In this document: positions 1 to 6,958 of the stretch, piece by piece
Numbering within the stretch: position 1 is the stretch's first letter
Layout: every line of letters starts with the position of its first letter
Assembly: GCA_035708525.1 (NCBI GenBank)
Contig: DASSSH010000026.1
Span: 478 to 64,477, forward strand
Direction of reading: 5' to 3'
DNA length: 64,000 nt
Origin: Candidatus Methylomirabilota bacterium
GTDB lineage: Bacteria > Methylomirabilota > Methylomirabilia > Rokubacteriales > CSP1-6
Notes under the pieces: model-generated
Seen by the model: only the letters and a program-made list of their open reading frames with translations
Database searches by the model: none
What the model was told of the DNA's origin: nothing
Position numbers and translations under genes: made by a program

Positions 1-252
1 CTTTACGAAAAAGGCCATACCTTGCTCTCGGTCTTCATGGTCCCGGCCTCGGCGGCCGGCACCGAGCTGACGGGCAAGCGCGTTCCGTATGGGGGTCGCG
101 AGTACATCACGGCGGAGCGCAAGGGCTACCGCACGGTGTCGTGGACCGATGGGCAGACGGTCTACGGACTGGTGTCTCTCCTCGACTACGATGCTCTGCT
201 CGAGTGTGCCGATCGGCTCCGCGCTGAACGCGCACGCGAAGCGCGGCTGTAG
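1..252 (+). CDS. anti-sigma factor, C-terminal fragment (5' end lies outside the window)
   Basis: Frame 1 is open from the window edge to TAG 250-252. The motif GYRTVSWTDGQTVYGLVSLLDYDALLECADRL resembles the C-terminal end of zf-HC2/ChrR-type anti-sigma factors. Confidence 0.5.
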   Translation, partial: LYEKGHTLLSVFMVPASAAGTELTGKRVPYGGREYITAERKGYRTVSWTDGQTVYGLVSLLDYDALLECADRLRAERAREARL

Positions 253-262
253 CAGTTGCCCG

Positions 263-1366
263 ATGGGGGCTCGGCTCGCGCGGCTCGGGCTCTTGGCGGT
301 GTTGGGCTGCCTGGCCGCCGTCGACAGCTCCCATGCCGGGGCCTTGCGGACCGACCTCAGCAAGGCCTTGGTCCCGTTGGACGAGATCGTCTCGGGCGGC
401 CCTCCCCCCGATGGCATTCCTGCGATCGATCGGCCGAGCTTCGTGACACTGGCCGCGGCCGATGCCTGGCTCAAGCCCAAGGAGCCGGTGGTGGCGCTTG
501 AGATCAGCGGCGACGCCCGGGCCTACCCCCTCCAGATTCTCATGTGGCACGAGATCGTCAACGACACGGTGGGCGGCAGGCCCGTCACCGTCACCTACTG
601 CCCGCTCTGCAACTCGGGGCTCGTCTTCGACCGCGTCGTGGGTGGCGTCACGCTCGACTTCGGCACCTCGGGCAAGCTCTACAAGAGCGATCTGGTCATG
701 TACGATCGGCAGAGTCATTCGCTCTGGGCCCAGATGGAGGGCCGGGCCATCGTCGGTGAGCGGGCGGGGACGCGTCTGGGCCTGATTCCCGCCAACACCG
801 TCGCCTACGAGGATTTCAAGGCGATCTATCCGGGTGGGAAGGTGTTGTCCCGGGAGACGGGCCACGCACGCTCCTACGGACGCAACCCCTATGAGGCCTA
901 CGACCGCCCCGATTCGTCCCCCTTCCTCCTGCAAGGCACGGCCGACCGGCGGCGCCCGCCCAAGGAGCGTGTGGTGGGGGTCCTCATGAGCGGGATGCCC
1001 CGGGCCTATCCGTGGTCGGTGCTCGAGAAGCAGGGCGTACTCCATGACACACTGGGCGGTGAGCCGCTGGTGATCTTCCATCGTCCAGGTGCGCTGTCCG
1101 CGCTGGATGATTCGCGCATGGAACAGTCCCGCGCGATCGGCGCTACGGCCGTGTTCAGCTCTGTGCTGGCTGGCAAGCTACTGACCTTCGAGCGGGTGGC
1201 CGATGGATTCCGCGACAAACAGACCAGCAGCCTCTGGAGCCTGCTGGGCTACGCGACCAAGGGTCCGCTGGCCGGCAAGCGGCTTAAACCGATCCAGCAC
1301 GTGGATGCGTTCTGGTTCGCCTGGGCCGCGTTCAACCCCGCGACCTCGGTCTACGTCACACCGTGA
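263..1366 (+). CDS. DUF3179 domain-containing secreted protein
   Basis: ATG 263 gives the signal peptide MGARLARLGLLAVLGCLAAVDSSHA. DUF3179 motifs are present: DGIPAIDRPSF, YPLQILMWHEIVNDTVGG, VTYCPLCNSG and SGKLYKSDLVMYDRQSHSLW. Confidence 0.85.
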   Translation: MGARLARLGLLAVLGCLAAVDSSHAGALRTDLSKALVPLDEIVSGGPPPDGIPAIDRPSFVTLAAADAWLKPKEPVVALEISGDARAYPLQILMWHEIVNDTVGGRPVTVTYCPLCNSGLVFDRVVGGVTLDFGTSGKLYKSDLVMYDRQSHSLWAQMEGRAIVGERAGTRLGLIPANTVAYEDFKAIYPGGKVLSRETGHARSYGRNPYEAYDRPDSSPFLLQGTADRRRPPKERVVGVLMSGMPRAYPWSVLEKQGVLHDTLGGEPLVIFHRPGALSALDDSRMEQSRAIGATAVFSSVLAGKLLTFERVADGFRDKQTSSLWSLLGYATKGPLAGKRLKPIQHVDAFWFAWAAFNPATSVYVTP

Positions 1367-1956
1367 CCGCCCTCGAGGAGCTCGCCGCCCTGCTCGCAGA
1401 GCTCGAGCGGGCGCGCACATCCATCATGGCCCTGGCGCGTGGCAACTGCGCGCAGGAGCCCTGGAGGCTCTATCCGGGCGAATACGGGATCTTCGACCGC
1501 AAGACGCATAGCCAGTTCTACTACCACTCGCACGAAGGTGCCCGGCACGAGGCCGGCCACTTTCACACTGTCCGCCTCTTCACCGATCGCTCGGTGCATC
1601 TGGTGGCCATCTCCATGGCCGAGACCGGCTGGCCGCAGGCGCTGTTCACCGTCAACGGTTGGGCCATCGGTGACGCCTGGGAACCACCGGAGACGCTCAA
1701 GCAATACATTCGCCGATTCCACATCGGGCCGGGCCGAGGGCCCGCGCCACTGGTCCGGTTCATCAACCTGATGTTTGAGGCCTTCACCCTCGAAATGGAG
1801 CAGCTTCAGGACGACAAGGAGCGTGTGCTGCGGGCTTACTGCGCCGCCCATCCGGGGAAGGATCCCCTCCAAGACTGGTCGCTGGAGATCCTGAGCCGGG
1901 TCGAGATCGACATGAAGGCCCGTCTCGCCGGGCCGGCAGAAGTGGTCAGGCCTTGA
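1363..1956 (+). CDS. hypothetical protein with a His-rich motif (YYHSHEGARHEAGHFH), possibly metal-binding
   Basis: The GTG start overlaps the upstream stop (GTGA at 1363-1366). Third-position GC is coding-like. The protein sits between the DUF3179 gene and the TlpA-like gene, with overlapping junctions on both sides. Confidence 0.65.
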   Translation: MTALEELAALLAELERARTSIMALARGNCAQEPWRLYPGEYGIFDRKTHSQFYYHSHEGARHEAGHFHTVRLFTDRSVHLVAISMAETGWPQALFTVNGWAIGDAWEPPETLKQYIRRFHIGPGRGPAPLVRFINLMFEAFTLEMEQLQDDKERVLRAYCAAHPGKDPLQDWSLEILSRVEIDMKARLAGPAEVVRP

Positions 1957-2516
1957 TCCGCGCACGGATCCTCGCCGTGCTCGTCGGGGTGGTCGCGCTC
2001 GGCGGGGTCTTGCAAGTGGCCGCCGTGGGCCCGGATCCGACGCTCGGGGCGGATCTCTGGCGGGTCGCAGGCATCGCGCGGGCCGGTCGCCAGGTCGCCG
2101 CGCCGTCGTTCCAGCTGCAGGATATCGCCGGGAACCGGGTCGAGCTGCGCCAGCTCCGCGGGCGAATCGTGCTGGTCTACTTCTGGGGCTCGTGGTGACC
2201 GCACTGCACGAGGGAGTTGCCCTCGGTGGATGGGCTGCACGAGAAGCTGGCGCGAGAAGGGCTCACCGTTCTCCTCGTGAACATCGGGGAGACCCGTGAG
2301 ACCGTGGTCCGGGCCCTGGCGTCGCGCCGCTACACAGCCCCCGTGTTCCTCGACTCGAACGGCAAGACCAGCGAGTCCTATCGCGTCGCAGGCACCCCCA
2401 CGGTGTTCATCATCGGTCGGGACGGGATGATCCTCGGGAGTGCCGTGGGCCCTGGCCCCTGGGCGGAACCGGCCGGGCGCGCGCTGCTCGAAGCGCTGCT
2501 CCGCGGTCGAACGTAA
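1953..2516 (+). CDS. TlpA/ResA-like thiol:disulfide oxidoreductase, selenocysteine-containing (UGA 2196-2198 read as Sec)
   Basis: ORFs 1953..2198 and 2217..2516 are in the same frame. The junction reads VLVYFWGSW-[TGA]-PHC-TRELPSV, the thioredoxin-fold WCxxC site. There is an N-terminal membrane anchor and a C-terminal AGTPTVFIIGRDG motif. The TTG start overlaps the upstream TGA (TTGA). Confidence 0.8.
2204..2229 (+). promoter_or_regulatory. putative bacterial SECIS hairpin for UGA 2196
   Basis: CGAGGG-AGUUG-CCCUCG at 2209-2225. It can be extended by 4 pairs with a bulged A at 2208. The loop A lies 19 nt from the U of UGA. Confidence 0.6.
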
Positions 2517-2560
2517 GCAGAGGTCATGCCGATTCCGCCGGTCTCCTTGCACCGCGCGGT

Positions 2561-3514
2561 TCAGTCGCCGGCCGCGCGGAATCCTCGCCAGGCGAGCCGG
2601 TGCTTCCGGAAAAAGAACGCGAGCATGGCGACGGCGGATAGTAGATTACCGATCAGAATGGTCCACCAGGCCAACGCTTCCAGCAGCCACTCGGCCAGCG
2701 CCGCGACCAACCCGATGAAGAAGACCTCGAAGCAGCAGAAGAGCATGACGAAGGCGTAGAGCAGGCGCGGCTCGCGGTCGGCCAGCGCCAGCAGTCCTGC
2801 GGCGGCCCAGCCGAAGGCAACGAAGGCTGCGCCGTGCACCACGGTGTACTTGGCGACGGCCGGCACCGTGACGGTCAGGGCATTGACGTCCCGTAGTCCG
2901 TCGAAAAGCGCGGCGCCGAGCAAGGCCGGAGTGCGCAATGGCCGGCCAGCCGCCAAGTCGTAGAGCAGAAACCACACCGCCACCGTCACCGCGCCCAGCA
3001 GCCCGGCCATGAAGCCTTCCCTAGTCGCGCCCGTCCATGGGCCCAGCAGCGCGCGTCCGAGCGCGCGATGCCCGACGAAAAAGTACGCGAGCATCCCGGC
3101 GGCGGCGAGCAGATTGGCCGCCAAGATTGCCCACCAAGCCACTTCGGTCAGGACCGGGTGAGCCAGCCAGACCACGAGAGCGAGAGACAAGACCTCGAAG
3201 CACATGAGACCGATGAAGAGCACGAGCAGCCGGCTCGGGTGAGTTTGGGCTGAGGCGATGAGATACGCGATCAGCACCCCGATCATCGCGAAGACGACGC
3301 CGTGCAGCACCGTGTATTGGAGGACCAGGCCGGGCGACGTGGACACCGCCCCAGGGTCGGTCGCGCCCTGGAGCGCGGCAGCGCCTAGCACAGCGGGCGT
3401 GCGAAAGGGATGCCCGCGCGCCGCATCAAGGATCAAAAACCATACGGCGACGACTGCGGCGCCGATCATGCCGCCGATGACGCCTTCACGAACGAAGCGG
3501 TGTGAGAGCGCCAT
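2561..3514 (-). CDS. integral membrane protein with an internal duplication (two ~150-aa halves)
   Basis: ATG 3514 is preceded by an AGGAGG ribosome-binding site (RBS). Both halves share REG..G..GA..VAVWFL..D.A.G.P.RTPA.LGAA ... CFEV ... WW.IL..NLL.A..MLA.FF..HR. Confidence 0.75.
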   Translation of the reverse strand: MALSHRFVREGVIGGMIGAAVVAVWFLILDAARGHPFRTPAVLGAAALQGATDPGAVSTSPGLVLQYTVLHGVVFAMIGVLIAYLIASAQTHPSRLLVLFIGLMCFEVLSLALVVWLAHPVLTEVAWWAILAANLLAAAGMLAYFFVGHRALGRALLGPWTGATREGFMAGLLGAVTVAVWFLLYDLAAGRPLRTPALLGAALFDGLRDVNALTVTVPAVAKYTVVHGAAFVAFGWAAAGLLALADREPRLLYAFVMLFCCFEVFFIGLVAALAEWLLEALAWWTILIGNLLSAVAMLAFFFRKHRLAWRGFRAAGD

Positions 3515-3668
3515 TGAGCCTCCTGTGTTGGTGCCCAGGGCGATGTCGGATGGGACCGCTAACAAAACAGGAAACCGGGTGATCTACCTACTTATTCCTC
3601 TGAAAACCGAGCGCCGGCTGGGAATACGAGCGCCGCCAGGGGAGTTGTCCGGATGAGGAGGACGAGCC

Positions 3669-3788
3669 ATGAAGATCCTACCGTTGGTTGCCCTGTTCCT
3701 GGCTGTCGCGGCTCCCGTTTATGCTTTTCACGACAAGCCCCCGGACATCCAGGCCCCCCTCAGCGCGGACGATATCCAGGCTCCGTGA
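3669..3788 (+). CDS. small secreted peptide (39 aa), hypothetical
   Basis: A GAGGAGGA RBS lies about 7 nt upstream. The product is MKILPLVALFLAVAAPVYA-FHDKPPDIQAPLSADDIQAP, a signal peptide followed by a DIQAP repeat. It is too short for the ORF track. Confidence 0.3.
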   Translation: MKILPLVALFLAVAAPVYAFHDKPPDIQAPLSADDIQAP

Positions 3789-3851
3789 GGTCGAGTTGCC
3801 TTCGCACCGGATCTCCCGGGTGGCGTTTGTTCGCGTGCCCACGCGAATGTT

Positions 3852-4190
3852 TCAAGACGCGGAGCGGGCCAGATACGAGGTAAGCCAGTAGAGCGAGATG
3901 TAGACGATGACCATCGCGACGGCCACGGTGAGGAGCAGATGCCATTGGGCTTGCGCGCCGCGCAGACTGCAGGCGTTCCGGCGGCGCAGGATGGCCATCA
4001 CGCCTAGCACGGCCAAGATAAGGGCCGCGCCGCGGAAATACCACCCGTAGCCGTAGTAGAGAGTGTTGCCCAGGCTGATCGCGAAGGACGCCGAGGCGAG
4101 CCCAAGCAGGACCAACACGACGGGGCTCACGCAGCAGGAGATCCCGAGCAGGCCAGCCAGCAGGCCGAGCTTGAGACCCGTCTTGTCCAT
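3852..4190 (-). CDS. small membrane protein with a vicinal Cys-Cys in TM1 (MerT/MerF-like)
   Basis: MDKTGLKLGLLAGLLGISCCVSPVVLVLLG followed by further TM helices. The ATG overlaps the DUF547 stop (TGATG at 4188-4192). Confidence 0.6.
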   Translation of the reverse strand: MDKTGLKLGLLAGLLGISCCVSPVVLVLLGLASASFAISLGNTLYYGYGWYFRGAALILAVLGVMAILRRRNACSLRGAQAQWHLLLTVAVAMVIVYISLYWLTSYLARSAS

Positions 4191-4870
4191 CAGCGCAATC
4201 CCGCGGAATGGCTCGCCGATCGCTCCGGCAGCTGCCAGTCGTACTCCCGCCAGGTGACGCGGTCGAGCCCGCCTGCGAGGACCGTCCGCCTGACCGGACC
4301 GTCCTCGAGGTGGTCGGCGAGGAAGCCCACGAGCCCGCCTGGCCACTGGGCGAAGTCGGCGGCGAACCATTGGAAGATGGGCGTGGCGACCAACCGCTCC
4401 TTGTCCAGCGTCACCTCCCGGGTCACGAAGCCCCGCGTCGCCGCGTCGAGCTGGTCGTGCACGTGGACGCTGTCGTAGTGCTGCAGGGGCGGGCACGATC
4501 GCGCGCCGCAGTCGATGGCGAAGTGGATCCGGGGATCAAGGTCCGATATCACGTGCGCCAGACGCGGGTCGTCAGGCGAGAACGGTGGCGCGCCCGAGAG
4601 CGGATTGGGCCGGTTGCCGCGGAGCACCCCATGCTCGATGTCGTTGGCCGAGAACTCCAGCCCGCCGATGCGAGCGCGAATACGGTCGAAGAAGTCCGGG
4701 ACCTCCCAGACCGTCTGCCGGATCCCGAGGGCTGCGAGGCCCCCGGTGACCAAATCATTGTAGGCGTTGATCCAGAACGCGAGCCGCTCCCCACGTGTCG
4801 CGAGGCCGGCGAGCGGCGGGGCGGAAAGGTCCCTCAGTACCACGGCAACCATTAAACCAAACCGCGACAT
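4190..4870 (-). CDS. DUF547 domain-containing protein
   Basis: Motifs ERLAFWINAYN, IEHGVLRGNRPNP and DPRIHFAIDCGARSCPPL are typical of DUF547. Confidence 0.8.
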   Translation of the reverse strand: MSRFGLMVAVVLRDLSAPPLAGLATRGERLAFWINAYNDLVTGGLAALGIRQTVWEVPDFFDRIRARIGGLEFSANDIEHGVLRGNRPNPLSGAPPFSPDDPRLAHVISDLDPRIHFAIDCGARSCPPLQHYDSVHVHDQLDAATRGFVTREVTLDKERLVATPIFQWFAADFAQWPGGLVGFLADHLEDGPVRRTVLAGGLDRVTWREYDWQLPERSASHSAGLR

Positions 4871-4949
4871 CGCCTATTCCCGGTGCTTGACGGGCAGGCC
4901 ACGGTTGATGCGGTGCCGGCACGGGCGTGCGAGACGGGCGATTTTCCTC

Positions 4950-4980
4950 TTGACCTTGCCCCAAGGGGCCGGGTTTAGGC
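4950..4980 (+). promoter_or_regulatory. MerR/CueR-type promoter-operator (TTGACC, 19-bp spacer with dyad, TTAGGC)
   Basis: CTTGACCTTGCCCCAAGGGGCCGGGTTTAGGCT closely resembles, from memory, the E. coli copA promoter CTTGACCTTCCCCTTGCTGGAAGGTTTAACCT. The dyad ACCTTGCCCC/GGGGCCGGGT matches at 8 of 10 positions. The -10 element ends 7 nt before ATG 4988, so the transcript may be leaderless. Confidence 0.55.
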
Positions 4981-4987
4981 TGCGGTC

Positions 4988-5410
4988 ATGGGACGAGATG
5001 GCCTGCTGATCGGTGAGGTGGCGAAGCAGAGCGGCGCAAGCCGGAAGGCGCTGCGGCTGTATGAGACCGCGGGTATCCTTCCCGCTCCCCGCCGCACCGG
5101 GGCGGGCTATCGCGTGTACGGAGCCGACACGCTGGCGCTCCTCTCGTTCGTCCGGCGGGCGCAGCGACTCGGCTTCTCCCTGGAGGAGATCAAGGAGATC
5201 GTCGCCATCCGGCGAGCGGGACGCGCTCCATGCCCTCACGTCCGTGAGCTTGTCCGACGGAAGACCGAGGAACTCGACCGGCGGCTCACGGACCTGATGG
5301 AGGTGCGTGCTGGCCTTCGAGCCCTGGTGAAGGGCTGGCGCTCTTCGGGGCAGGGCCGCGCGGCGGTCTGCCCGCACATCGAGCGCGGCACTGGTCAGAG
5401 GGGGAGGTGA
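4988..5410 (+). CDS. MerR family (heavy-metal/CueR-like) transcriptional regulator
   Basis: N-terminal HTH LIGEVAKQSGASRKALRLYETAGILP..R...GYR.Y, a coiled-coil dimerisation helix, and two CPH motifs (APCPHV, VCPHIE). Confidence 0.9.
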   Translation: MGRDGLLIGEVAKQSGASRKALRLYETAGILPAPRRTGAGYRVYGADTLALLSFVRRAQRLGFSLEEIKEIVAIRRAGRAPCPHVRELVRRKTEELDRRLTDLMEVRAGLRALVKGWRSSGQGRAAVCPHIERGTGQRGR

Positions 5411-5416
5411 GAAGTG

Positions 5417-5557
5417 ATGCCTTGGAAGAAGGGTGAGGTGTACAGGTGCCCTGACCCCAACTGCGGGTGTGAGGTCGCGGTGACGAGAGAGCCGAGGCCT
5501 GGGATGGGAGGCGATCGGGCACCGGCCTGCTGCTGCGGCAAGACCATGACGAAGTAG
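5417..5557 (+). CDS. small Cys-rich desulforedoxin-like metal-binding protein (46 aa)
   Basis: MPWKKGEVYRCPDPNCGCEVAVT...APACCCGKTMTK matches the Dx pattern VY.C..CG..V.V...CCG..M. A GGGGGAGG RBS is present. The gene is too short for the ORF track. Confidence 0.55.
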   Translation: MPWKKGEVYRCPDPNCGCEVAVTREPRPGMGGDRAPACCCGKTMTK

Positions 5558-5583
5558 AACGTCCAAACAAGGAGGGATAGAGG

Positions 5584-5754
5584 ATGGACAGCCTGAAGAT
5601 GTCGCTGTGCCCGGCGTGTACCGCGTGCCCTGAAGTCGAGATCGCCGGGGACGAGGTCAGGATCGGCGAAACCGGCAACCTTGCCGTGCTGAAGCGAGAC
5701 GAATGGAACGTGCTGGTAGACCTGATCCAGGCGGGCCAGCTGTCGAAGCTCTGA
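5584..5754 (+). CDS. small hypothetical protein with a CPACTACP motif (56 aa)
   Basis: An AAGGAGGG RBS lies 8 nt upstream. The product is MDSLKMSLCPACTACPEVEIAGDEVRIGETGNLAVLKRDEWNVLVDLIQAGQLSKL, with high third-position GC. Confidence 0.45.
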   Translation: MDSLKMSLCPACTACPEVEIAGDEVRIGETGNLAVLKRDEWNVLVDLIQAGQLSKL

Positions 5755-5985
5755 TCAGCACCGACCTCCAACGTCCCGCGCGGGTCACCGGTCGAAGAGG
5801 CCGGTGGCCCGCAGGTCGTTTCAGGCCTGGGGTTGGCCCATCGCGTAAAATGCCTTCACCGCGGCCGCGGCCCGGCGCAGAGGTGGCCAAGGCCAGGGCC
5901 TGTGGGAATAAGTCGCCGAGGAGCTGTGTTATGTGTGTTGGTGTACACGCCGGGCGGCCCCCGGAAGACGAGAAAGGAGCCGAGA

Positions 5986-6480
5986 ATGGCGAGAGCGGGA
6001 AATCGAATCCTCGACAGCGGCGAGGTGCTGCCGACAATCGCCATGGACACCGTTGCCCATGAGCGAATCAGCGCGCCAGAGTGCTTCGGAAGCGGCTGGG
6101 GGGTCTTCCTCATCTACCGCGCCCACTGGTGACCATACTGCAAGCAGCAGTTAGCTGCCTTCGAGCGTGCGCTGCCAAAACTCCAGGATGAAGGGATTAC
6201 CGTCGTAGGGGCGTCCACTGACGCGCTGGAAAAGGCCAAAGAGACAGTAAGAGAACACGCCCTCTCCTTCCCCATCGGCTATGGGCTCCCGCTCCGAGAG
6301 ACTGCGGCAACCCTAGGCACGTTCTACGAGGAGCGCCGAGGCATCTTGCAGTCTACCGGGTTCTTGATCAAGCCGGACAAGACGATCGCGGTCGCGCAGT
6401 ACAGCTCAGGACCCATCGGTCGCTTGGTCTGGCAGGACGTCCTCGGTCTGGTTCAGTTCTATAAGAAGCAGGCGAAATAG
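5986..6480 (+). CDS. peroxiredoxin-like (AhpC/TSA, PRX-like2-type) selenoprotein (UGA 6130-6132 read as Sec)
   Basis: A GAAAGGAG RBS precedes ATG 5986. The junction reads GVFLIYRAHW-[TGA]-PYC-KQQLAAFERALPKLQDEGITVVGASTD. The frame then stays open for 115 more codons to TAG 6478-6480 (…FPIGYGLP…SGPIGRL…). The downstream half is absent from the ORF track because it has no start codon. Confidence 0.8.
6142..6161 (+). promoter_or_regulatory. putative bacterial SECIS hairpin for UGA 6130
   Basis: AAGCAGC-AGUUA-GCUGC(C)UU, a stem with a bulged C. The loop A at 6149 lies 19 nt from the U of UGA. Confidence 0.55.
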
Positions 6481-6517
6481 CGATTCGGCCTACGAACCGG
6501 AGGCACGGGACCTGCTC

Positions 6518-6862
6518 ATGACCGCGATGGAGTGGGACTGCTGCCGGCACGGGGAAGAGACCCGTCTGACGTTTCAGTTCGCAGGTCGATCGGGGTCGGT
6601 TCGCAAATGCTGGTGGTGTGCGCTCGTGCACCCGCCCATGCTCTGGCGGTCCGTGAAGATTGGGCTTGTGGTAGGGAGCGTTCTGGCCGCCATCAACCAT
6701 GGCGGCGTCCTGGTGAGTGGCGAGCTGACCTCTGGCGTAGCCTGGAAGATCGGGTTGACCTATCTAGTGCCCTTTGTCGTGGCAACGTGGAGCGCCCTCG
6801 CGGCGAGTCGGATCTCCTCCGTCGCCGAGCCACGCGGTCGAGGCTCGGGTCCGGGCACATAA
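6518..6862 (+). CDS. NrtS-like (nitrate/nitrite transporter NrtS family) small membrane protein with a Cys-rich N-terminal extension
   Basis: The core LWRSVKIGLVVGSVLAAINHGGVLVSGELTSGVAWKIGLTYLVPFVVATWSAL matches NrtS-family sequences. The N-terminus carries CC..H and CWWC. Confidence 0.65.
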   Translation: MTAMEWDCCRHGEETRLTFQFAGRSGSVRKCWWCALVHPPMLWRSVKIGLVVGSVLAAINHGGVLVSGELTSGVAWKIGLTYLVPFVVATWSALAASRISSVAEPRGRGSGPGT

Positions 6863-6958
6863 GGTCATGACGGAGAAACCTCATCGAAGAGAGTTGACGC
6901 CGCCGTGACAAACCAGCGCAGTGTCCGTGGGAGGATGGAGCACAAAGGAGGTTTCGCG

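Noticed and set aside
5408-5419. The TGA stop of the MerR-family gene is in frame with the following desulforedoxin-like ORF (…GTGQRGR-[TGA]-EV-MPWKKGEVYRC…), which could suggest a sixth Sec/readthrough fusion.
   Set aside because: No stable hairpin lies at the +19 position seen in the real cases; only a 4-bp CCUU/AAGG stem is present. The TGA is not at a conserved Cys column. The small gene has its own RBS (GGGGGAGG) and ATG. Sharing a frame has a 1-in-3 chance expectation.
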